Of a stretch of DNA of 64,000 bases, positions 19,202-31,888 are shown one piece after another. Source of the DNA: Bugula neritina (taxonomy: Eukaryota; Animalia; Bryozoa); contig OZ037767.1 of the NCBI GenBank assembly GCA_964035545.1, forward strand, positions 3,297,680 through 3,361,679. Direction: 5' to 3'. Each line of letters starts with the position of its first letter. The first letter of the stretch is position 1. The translations under genes were made by a program, and so were the position numbers. The notes under the pieces are model-generated. The model worked only from the letters and a program-made list of their open reading frames with translations, did not search any database and was not told the origin of the DNA.

Positions 19202-21112
19202 TTATGTGATGTTGCCCAGGTAGTGCTTACGTGCATGTCTGCATGTGGATAGAATCTCATTTCTGTTATTAAGGGAAGATTTGCTGGGCTGGTATATTAT
19301 GAAATATTTTTCCCATAGGCAGAGGTTGCACCTTTTAGTGACTTTGTTGTATGAGTTGGTTTTTTTCATAATTTTCCATGTTATGTCAAAATGGGTGTTC
19401 TTGTCTTTTAGTTTCCAGATATATTTGCTCAATTCAGTATGGTTCTTTTTTGTTTTGTTGTTAAAAGTTGATTTGTGGTTATAGAATCTGGTTTTGAATT
19501 CTGTTTCTGATGTTCCCACGTAAGTCTGGGGTTGGCTGCCATCTTTGGTTGTAACTGTAGCTTGGTATATGATGCACTTTGTGAGGCATTTTCCATCTAG
19601 TGGGCACACTGTGCTGTTTCTGCAGTTACATTCTCGAGGAGGTTGGTTTGCTGGGTTAAGTAATCTTTTATTGTGGCTGTTGATTATGTTGTTTAAATTT
19701 CTGCAGCAGCTGTAACTGAGTTTTATGTTGTTTTTGTTGAAAATTTTGTAGAGTTTGTGATCTTTGGGTATTTCTTCCTCCAGGATTTTAAAAAATTGTT
19801 TTCCCAGGTTGCTTGTTACACTTTTGGAGAATGGGGGGGTTATACCATGTGATGTTTCGTCGTCTTTCTCTTTTTGGTCTGCTAGTGGTGTGTGTTGGCT
19901 GGAATGTTAGGTTATGTGTGTATCCACTTTTACTTAGAGCTTCTTGGTGTATTTTTGTTGTTTGACTGAAGACTTCTTCGTTAGATGAGAGATTGGAGAG
20001 CCTGTTGTTTATGGCATGTGGAATGTTTCTTGTGATATGGGGTGGATGGTTGGATTTGGAGTTTACATATAGGATTTCGCTGTTAGGTTTTACATGGGGT
20101 TTGTGTGTTCTTTTGCTAATGTCAAAATTTATATCTAGATAGTTGACGACTTTTTTGTTTACTTCAATGGTGATATTTAGATTATGTTTTTGAAAAATTT
20201 TGCAGATTGATTTTTTAATTCTATCTATATTTTTTGCAGTGTCGTTGATTACTCCTAGGCCGTCATCACGGTATAGACCGAAGGTATTTCCAAACTTCTG
20301 GTTGATTTTATATAGTAAAATATGCCGACCAGAGTGCAACATTCTGCACCGTCATAGCTGCCCATTGTAATGTCAAATAATGAGCCACATTTTTTACTCC
20401 AGGGTTGGCCGGAATGGTATAACAACATTTTTCTGGCATGGAAAATCACGGTGCGGTCTGTGTCTGTTATGGTGGTATGCTCTGCTGCGAAATCAATTGC
20501 AGTGTGGAGTAATTTATTAGTTATTGATGGATAAAAGTCGACAATGTCAAATACAATAAAAGATAAGCATTTGTTGTTATCTAAATTTGTGAACCATTTA
20601 ATTACCTCGGAAGTATTTGTCCAAATATTCAAAGCTAGTTTTGGAGTTATGGCCTTATTTATCCTGTCTAGTAGTCTTTTGCTGATGATGCCTATTTCAG
20701 TTTTGCTTGGGTTTATTAGTCTGCACTTAGGGTTATTCATAAAATTAGGCTTGTGGTCCTTTAGTGTTATGTATGCCTCAGTTGTGTTGGTGGTCGTGAT
20801 TCTGTCTTCGATTTGTAGAGATTTGGCAATATGTTTAGCTTCTAGGTTTATTTCTTGGGGCGTGTTTTGATCAATTTTTTTGTAATCCTTAGTGATGTTG
20901 TTGTGCAATAGTTCTCTGTAGTTGGTAATTTCCATGTTGTAAAAATTATTTGTTTTGTCAGCAGGTATAATAATAAGACTATTGGTGCCAATTTTTTGGG
21001 CTAGGTCTTGTTTTATTGTTTTCTGGAATTGGCAGTGTACTCTTCTAAATTTGATGTTTTTAATCATGGATCTAATTTTTATTTCGAACCTGGCAAGCTC
21101 TTTATCCATCAA
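19202..21112 (-). pseudogene. Penelope-like RT/GIY-YIG ORF, left copy (5'-truncated, two frameshifts)
   Basis: ORF pieces 20255-21112, 19788-20342, 19202-19609; frameshifts at a T-run after GAECCTLVGIF and at a G7 run near 19833 (C6 in the right copy). Confidence 0.88.
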
Positions 21113-22433
21113 TAACTAATAAATTACTCCACACTGCAATTGATTTCGCAGCAGAGCATACCACCATAACAGACACAGACCGCACCGTGATTTTCCATGC
21201 CAGAAAAATGTTGTTATACCATTCCGGCCAACCCTGGAGTAAAAAATGTGGCTCATTATTTGACATTACAATGGGCAGCTATGACGGTGCAGAATGTTGC
21301 ACTCTGGTCGGCATATTTTACTATATAAAATCAACCAGAAGTTTGGAAATACCTTCGGTCTATACCGTGATGACGGCCTAGGAGTAATCAACGACACTGC
21401 AAAAAATATAGATAGAATTAAAAAATCAATCTGCAAAATTTTTCAAAAACATAATCTAAATATCACCATTGAAGTAAACAAAAAAGTCGTCAACTATCTA
21501 GATATAAATTTTGACATTAGCAAAAGAACACACAAACCCCATGTAAAACCTAACAGCGAAATCCTATATGTAAACTCCAAATCCAACCATCCACCCCATA
21601 TCACAAGAAACATTCCACATGCCATAAACAACAGGCTCTCCAATCTCTCATCTAACGAAGAAGTCTTCAGTCAAACAACAAAAATACACCAAGAAGCTCT
21701 AAGTAAAAGTGGATACACACATAACCTAACATTCCAGCCAACACACACCACTAGCAGACCAAAAAGAGAAAGACGACGAAACATCACATGGTATAACCCC
21801 CCATTCTCCAAAAGTGTAACAAGCAACCTGGGAAAACAATTTTTTAAAATCCTGGAGGAAGAAATACCCAAAGATCACAAACTCTACAAAATTTTCAACA
21901 AAAACAACATAAAACTCAGTTACAGCTGCTGCAGAAATTTAAACAACATAATCAACAGCCACAATAAAAGATTACTTAACCCAGCAAACCAACCTCCTCG
22001 AGAATGTAACTGCAGAAACAGCACAGTGTGCCCACTAGATGGAAAATGCCTCACAAAGTGCATCATATACCAAGCTACAGTTACAACCAAAGATGGCAGC
22101 CAACCCCAGACTTACGTGGGAACATCAGAAACAGAATTCAAAACCAGATTCTATAACCACAAATCAACTTTTAACAACAAAACAAAAAAGAACCATACTG
22201 AATTGAGCAAATATATCTGGAAACTAAAAGACAAGAACACCCATTTTGACATAACATGGAAAATTATGAAAAAAACCAACTCATACAACAAAGTCACTAA
22301 AAGGTGCAACCTCTGCCTATGGGAAAAATATTTCATAATATACCAGCCCAGCAAATCTTCCCTTAATAACAGAAATGAGATTCTATCCACATGCAGACAT
22401 GCACGTAAGCACTACCTGGGCAACATCACATAA
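21101..22433 (+). pseudogene. Penelope-like RT/GIY-YIG ORF, right copy (starts inside RT, one frameshift)
   Basis: Begins at FYPSITNKLL; same T-run frameshift near 21318; open from LLYKINQKF through YRDD, thumb and GIY-YIG to stop at 22433. Confidence 0.88.
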
Positions 22434-22663
22434 CAATACTAACAATTCTCAACCATAGTACTACCTATTATAAATTACCCTTTCCATCAAACATCTAGCT
22501 TTTATAGTCTAATCCTTTAGAAAAAGAGCAATTTAATTAATTAATAGATAACACCAAATCCACTACTATGTTTGCTTTTCGTTTTACGTTGTGTTTAGCA
22601 TGATAGTTTTCTCTATGTAAAAATTTGAATAATCGGTATGCTTCATAGATTTTATTTATTTTT

Positions 22664-22720
22664 AGTCTAACACCTGACGAGTGCAGTTTACTGTACGAAA
22701 CTATATAGTCGTGTGAGATT
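22664..22720 (+). ncRNA. Type I hammerhead ribozyme (right Penelope-like arm)
   Basis: Core CUGACGA 22674-22680, stem II GUGCAG/CUGUAC, GAAA 22697-22700, short palindromic stem III, GUC cleavage triplet ending 22710, stem I ACAC/GUGU extended by AGUCU/AGAUU. Confidence 0.9.
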
Positions 22721-22847
22721 TTTTTTAATAAAAAAATATATATGTATCATTAACAATCTGAACACACTACATTATATTAGCTCTGTCACCCGTGATATCG
22801 AGCACTTTACTTCGCTGGAACTCCAACTAGATTGACAATCAGCATAC

Positions 22848-22850
<3 letters not shown>

Positions 22851-22924
<74 letters not shown>
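22851..22924. repeat. (AT)n microsatellite, right flank of the Penelope-like insertion
   Basis: Pure AT run of ~74 bp. Confidence 0.97.
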
Positions 22925-22927
<3 letters not shown>

Positions 22928-24169
22928 CAGATCTGAGTGTATGTCCAAGCTCTATAATTGACAAATTTGACAAATTATCTGTGTAGTCATATTGTGTTTT
23001 TTATTTTAAATTGTTGTATTAGATGTGAATCATCAACTAGCTAATTCTTTTAACATATCAATGAATGATTACCTACATAAATGTCATTTATTTATTATAT
23101 TTCACTACCGACATTATACTGTTGTGATTTATATAAGGGTTGTCTTAACTTGTCCTTGGTGTTGATATCAAACCGAGTATCGAAAATTTGCTCTCCGTCC
23201 TTTATTCACAAGTAAAAGTTCAAAACTGTTACGTAGTTTTATTAAAACAATCAGAGTCAAACGACGGAAACATTGGGAAAACCCAAAACTTGATGATTCA
23301 TTGAGTAAAGTGAAACTAGGAACCTCTCTCTTACTTTTCTAGTTCTCTCTTTACTAATCACCACATAAATAAAGATTAGTAAGCCAGTACAGATTTTGAG
23401 ATTGTAAATAATGTTTTAGAACATGAGTTTGAAGATGAGTTCTAAGTAGTAAGTACAGTTAATCACCATCCTCATCAGACTTAGAGTTACTGTTACACTT
23501 ACTGTTACTGTTGCCGTTGGTGATTCAGAACCACTGTCAGTAACTTCAACATTTAATTTTATTTAGATATTTCTAGTTTTCACGTTATTAATAATACTAA
23601 CAATATTATTTGTGGTTGCACCATCATTGTTGTTATAATAACTATTAATCATATCGTGCTATAGTTATTGTTATGTAGTTGTACTTTGACCATTCACTAT
23701 TGACTATTGATTTGATAATGATAAATGATTGATAAATTGATAAATGATTAGTAAATATAACTATCACTCATCTTCAGGCTGACTTTTGAACTTGAAGTAT
23801 GACTATTTGGATGATAGTTTTATTTTTAGTTATATACAAGGGTCAGTTTGAGTGAAATGCGCTGTTATCCGGTATTACTAGTACTATTAACCATAACAAT
23901 AAACATGATATTGATATTTACATTAAGATTATCTTTTGCAATAAAATTTAATTTCTTTGCTAAAGCCAATTTCATTTTGATAAGAATGATAATCTCAAAT
24001 GTTATGACTATGATCTCGTACTCATATTTATAATAATACCTGACTCAAACTATACTTTTTGACTCTTAATAATTAACTCTAAGGGTTTTATTTAGTGGTA
24101 TTGAGATGGGTTTTTTTATAATATAACTATTTGGGTGAATGTGAATTATCAAACTTTATATTCAGAGTG

Positions 24170-26273
<2,104 letters not shown>

Positions 26274-27607
26274 AATTTCATCCAATCACCCTCTAGTATA
26301 CTTTATCCATCCAATCACAGTTCAGTACATTCTTCCAGTCTGTAGACATGTAAACATGTGCATGTACTTTAGATCTGTGTACAAAGCTTAAAAATATTAT
26401 TTTCAACTTAAATATTTTTTGACCTTAGATAAATTTTATTTTAAATATTTTAGTATGTTATCTTTACTAACATTCATGTTTCTATTGCTCAATTTTAAAC
26501 AAGATTGCATATCAAACTTAACTAGAAGTTGAAGAAAAGTTTTTATATCAGCTATGCATTGCATACTGTTGCATACTTTTTAATCTATGCCAAGGATAAA
26601 TTTTTAAGTAGTATTTATTAACCTGATCTTTGCATATACAACGTCTACTGCACGCATGAAAATTGTGATGACAAAATAAATATTTTTATCTCAAATAGGT
26701 CTTGTAATAAAATCTAGGACTAGCTAAGCTTTGTATGAAAGTTACCAACATATAAATCTAGGCAATGCATGCAAATGCAATATATTATAACACCTAAAAC
26801 AATAATGACAGTTATAATAATCGTGGTAAAGTTTATTGGCTGAGGCCTAGGTTATTGCAATTTTTACTCTGAAACAATTTTCGCAAGTAATTTTGCCAGA
26901 TCTCTTGAATTATTCTCAAAAATATGCATGCATTATTTTATAATTGTTTTTTTATTGAAAGTATGTACATAGATGCAACACATAAAAAAATTAACAGTGA
27001 ATGCTCTCAAAATTAAATCACATACCATTAAAAGATATATCACTTATAAGTTCTTTTAACACTACAATTATGTATGATTATAATATGCTTGGTGGATTTT
27101 ACAGTTTTAGTTCATGCAAGCATTAGTGTGCAGACTTGATAGAAATCTTTTAAATTTAATTTTTTGATAGCATCAATAAAGTGGTTGGCAGTTTCAAGTT
27201 TGTCACAGATGAAAAGGGTATGAGATGTATGCGTACATTTCAGCAAGACTTCTATCACAATCGACTGGTCAATGCGGTTAACCAATGAGGCATTCGTCGC
27301 AAACTATTAGCAGTAATTTTCTCTCAGCGATTCAATACATTTGTGTTTTGACAACCATTGAGATCGCAGGTAATACTTGGTACAGGTTGTATAAGTCGAC
27401 ATTGTAACGGATCATAGCCATCATTACCTAACATACAACATACAATGACATTTCACTGCAAGTCAAATAGCGCTAGAAATTTTACTTACTGTTCTGACAC
27501 GTGGATAATAGCAGCAATCACGATTACCTAGTGAAATAGTACAGTTACTGATTGTCATTGATGATTCTGATTGCGATTGTAGCTGAACAATAAAATTGAA
27601 GATCAAC

Positions 27608-29630
27608 ATGCAATCGAAACAGATATTTCGTCTAGCTCTTGTGCTTATGTCTATTTTATCGTCAAATGTTGGGCTAGCAGAAGAATTGCAGAATCAAAAC
27701 GATAATCATAATCTGAATAATGATAATGTGCATAATAATAATCAGGATCAAAATGCTCATGCAGAAACTGTCAACAGGTTTAGACAGCATGCAAACCGAG
27801 AGTAAGTTAACATTTACTATTAGTATTAGTATTACTAATAGTAATAGTAATACTATTAGTATTAGTTATAGTATTACTATTAGTATTACCATTAGACGTA
27901 GTATTACTATTAGTATTACCTATTACTATTAGTATTAGTATTAAATTTAATGTTACCATTACTATTAGTATTAGTATTAACTATTATAATTAAGATTACT
28001 AGTTTTACTATTAGTAAAAAGAGTATCAGTATTACTATTAGTATTACTATTACTATTAGTATTAGTATTAGTATTTAGTTTGATTATAATTACTAAATTA
28101 CTAATTAGTATTACTAGTAGTTGTACTACCAGTACCACCTTAATTGCAATGCACACACTCACAGTCACACTAAATGTGAACTAAATAAATATAATGATAA
28201 TATAAATATTATGATTTTTCAAATTCATTGTAAATGTAATTGTAATTGTTTAGTATATTATTATAAATATAAGTATTCCTATTAGTGTATGAGTATCACC
28301 TAATCAAATATGATTGTCTATATGAACATCATTATGGCCATGAGAAAGGATATGTAATAACAAATATATTATTATATTTATTGTATAATCATAACTGATC
28401 AACTTCAAGTGAATAGTTATGATCAAGATTCTCATTCATTACTCTGCACCCATAGTGATAGTTAATGTTACTGTTATTTGTAATTAATTATTAAATTATT
28501 TCAGCGGAGTGATTGATGTTTTCATCAAAAATAAAGTTGATTAATCATCCAATCTTCACTTGTAATTCAATATGCCCAATAACGTTTTCAAGCATGAGTC
28601 GCTCACGGTCTCACTGACTCTGAGTGATCAGTGTTAAACTTGTATCTCTGAGATTTTTTCTCATTAGATACTAAAGTTTAACCTTAGCATAAGTTTTTCT
28701 GTGTCTAATTTGTTATATTCTTTTTTTTATTTAGGATATTGAGATTTGTACTGCCTTTCACTTTTTTTTATTATTACAACACTTTGTATTATTTCAACAC
28801 ACTTTCTTTTATCGTTTAGTCATGTTTTGGAAGAGCTACAGCAGCAAATCAATACTAAAAACAGAGAGGACATGACTGAGCAGGAGCTGCAGTTTCATTA
28901 CTTTAAACTCCATGATTATGATAATAACAACCTGCTGGATGGTTTGGAAATAATCAAAGCCCTCACTCACGCTCATGAAGAAGCTAGTATGTATTCAGTT
29001 AATAATTCAGCTGTTTATTCCTAAATCTACCTCAAGTTGTTTTCTCTTGAAGTTTTGATATAAACAGGTATAAGCGAAAAGCTTTCAAAATATTTAACCT
29101 AGTTTAATGTCTAAAAATGGTTATTATGTAACTGTGTTATATAAACGATTCCAAATGATAAAAGGTTTTTGCAAAATAAATCTGAACATAATATGTTGCT
29201 GTAAAATATTATGTTTAAAGTCAAGTTGAATAGTTATAGGAGACAAAATTTTAAAATTAAATATGCCAACTCAGTCGTTTATCCTATTTTATAATCTCCT
29301 CTCTGTAAAAAGAGGACAACTTCTTATAATTTTTGCAAAAACTTGACCCTCCAGCTTTTGTGAGTAGATCTACTTTGTTACGACTGTGTTACTTTTATCA
29401 AATGTCTGTTCCTTAATTAAATGCTAGTTCCTTACATGTGTTGGTAAAATAGTTGTAATCTTCAAGGTGAGCATGCTCATAACGAAGGAACGACAGAAAA
29501 CACGCCCCATAAACAAACTGAAGAAGAGCTGGTAAAGATTATTGATGATGTGCTCAAGGATGACGACCTGAATAGTGATGGTTATATTAGCTTCTATGAG
29601 TTCATGGCAGAAAGAACACCAAGTGCTTAA
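27608..29630 (+). CDS. MCFD2: MCFD2-like secreted/ER EF-hand protein, copy 1
   Basis: Exons 27608-27801, 28820-28986, 29467-29630. Signal peptide, N/Q-rich spacer, MTEQELQFHYFKLHDYDNNNLLDGLEIIKALTH (EF1) and ELVKIIDDVLKDDDLNSDGYISFYEF (EF2), the MCFD2 signature. Confidence 0.9.
27810..28130. repeat. Degenerate hexamer repeat (ATTAGT/ATTACT)
   Basis: Tandem tattag/tattac units starting right after the MCFD2 first coding exon donor. Confidence 0.8.
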
Positions 29631-30026
29631 CTCTAGTCATTGTAAAGCTGTCTGAACAACACTTTGTAGTTTTCTTAGTTAAATTTAATGTTCTTAATTA
29701 CGTATCAGGTTTATTTTATTGAAGAGTGTATCTGCAGTCAATACTCAAAGCTTATAGATTGTCAAGCTTTTTCTCCCCTTACTTAAATCACAGTATGTGA
29801 CACTGTTTTTTCCCAATAAATTATTGTGCTCTTCAACTTTCTATGCTTTGGTTTCATAGATATGGTTTGTTGTACTGTACAACGACCTTGGCCTTTATAT
29901 TACCAGCATTTTGTGACACGTCTAATAATATTGCGCCCTGATAACATTATACTGGTGGCATGCTACTATTACCCATAACTTCATTTATCCAGTACGTCCA
30001 GCTGTCAAACTGTGCAAGTTGTAGTA

Positions 30027-31344
30027 ATGAATCTTGCTCCAGCTGCCATATTGCTGATGACGTTGAGTCTATTACTATATCACTGTAATGGTAATGATGG
30101 AAAGAAGCTGAAGGAGATTGCTGACAGAGAGTAAGTTAGCGCAATTTTCAATAAACCCCAGAAATTAAATGTAATGTGGGTAAGTTACTGCTGCAACTAT
30201 ATACGACTGTAGCCATGTTTTAATAAATTAGATGGTTGATCATACAATGTTTCATATAGCCTTGCCTGGCAATTGGTGACAAGTGCTCTAATGTCTGTTG
30301 TGTGACTACTCAATGAAAACTCTCAACCAACTAATCTGTGACTACACAATGCATGATGATTTTGTTTCTTGTATCACATTTCTGACAAATTGGATTTTTA
30401 GTAAGCTGGCCATTCTAATTCTGAAAACTAGTAGTGTTTACCACATTAGGGCCCTTTCTGCAACTTTCACGGTGCAAATATGAACATATTGTTCATAACA
30501 ACTTCCTATCTTATTCTAAACTTAGACACGTTATTGAAGAGTTACAAGACCAGATTAATGTGAACAACTCCAAGACCAAGCATATGACTGATGAGGAAAT
30601 CCAGTTCAATTATTTCAGAGTACATGATTTAGATGACAACTCCGTACTTGATGGCTTAGAAATATTAAAAGCTATATTACATACGTACTCTGAACACAGC
30701 ACAGGTAGGGCCAAAAGCATAGTTCCTATAATTATTTTCTCAGTTTTTTAAATATTGTGATACGTGATTGTGTGTGTATAAAATAGATAAAAAAGATGAA
30801 ATGCTTGAGTCGTCAAATCAAGTTCATCACCGCATATTGTGTAACTTAATGACTAACATAGACAGTAGTGTTGCAAGTATCACTTGGTTATACATTTGCA
30901 TTATCAAGTATTACCTGACTGCACAGTTATATTATAAAGTATTACTTGACTGCAGTTATATTATAAAGTATTACTTGACTGCACAGTTATATTATCAAGT
31001 ATTACTTGACTGCAGTTATATTATAAAGTATTACTTGACTGCACAGTTATATTATCAAGTATTACTTGACTGCAGTTATATTATAAAGTATTACTTGACT
31101 GCACAGTTATATTATAAAGTATTACTTGACTGCGCAGTTATATTTTAAAGTATTACTTGACTGCACAGTTATATTATAAAGTATTACCTGTTATTATTTA
31201 ATTGATTGTTAATGCTGATGTTATTGAACAGGGCAAGACACAAACATTGCTTCAGCTGTGGAAACTGTAGACAACTACCTTAAAAGAGAAGACTTGAATA
31301 ATGACGGGTATATCACATTTGCAGAGTTCATGGTTGAGCATTAG
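30027..31344 (+). CDS. MCFD2-like EF-hand protein, copy 2 (shorter, diverged)
   Basis: Exons 30027-30130, 30526-30704, 31232-31344, same intron phases as copy 1. Signal peptide MNLAPAAILLMTLSLLL; MTDEEIQFNYFRVHDLDDNSVLDGLEILKAILH; EDLNNDGYITFAEF. Confidence 0.87.
30895..31190. repeat. 30/32-bp tandem repeat in MCFD2 copy 2 intron 2
   Basis: About nine head-to-tail units TTATATTAT(A/C)AAGTATTACTTGACTGC(AC)AG, no spacers. Confidence 0.92.
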
Positions 31345-31888
31345 ATTGTAAAATACTGCCTAAAGAAATATATTCATGTTTGCAAATAATAATAGATATG
31401 ACCTTGAATGCATTGATTTTTCTCTAACAAAATAGGGGTTTATTTCTAGTTGAAAGGAAACACAACTCCTCTAACACATTTGATTCTTTAAAAATTATGG
31501 TTTATAAGAATCAAGTGGCGAATTTTTATACACATCAAAAGTTTACCTGAAGGTCAAAACATTCCTAGCAAAACATGCGAGTCAAAATCTGAGTGAAATT
31601 TTATTATGTGAAATTTTGCTGTTTTGACAGCCACAATGTACTGTTGACTTTCATTTTTGAAATTACAAAAAAATAATATAAGAGTACAAGTAAAATTTGG
31701 TAGTTGTTAGAGGAACAACTCCTAAGAATACCACTTACTTTGCACCCCAAGAATTAAATGAAATGCAACAAGTTAAGCTTGTAAAATGACACGATTATAC
31801 TTATTTACATGTAGATTGCAATCGATGATTATACATCTCTACAGTTATACTCTGACTAACTGATTCCATCACTTATAGACCAATGATC

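Noticed and set aside
21310-21325. Programmed -1 frameshift in the RT
   Set aside because: A TTT TAC is not a canonical X XXY YYZ slippery site and the shift splits the RT core; a deletion in a T-run is simpler.
19202-22433. Selenoprotein-encoding Naiad-type PLE
   Set aside because: Endonuclease is C-terminal, no in-frame TGA at Cys positions, no SECIS recognised.
30895-31190. 30-32 bp repeats that look CRISPR-sized
   Set aside because: Head-to-tail with no unique spacers, inside a eukaryotic intron, no cas genes.
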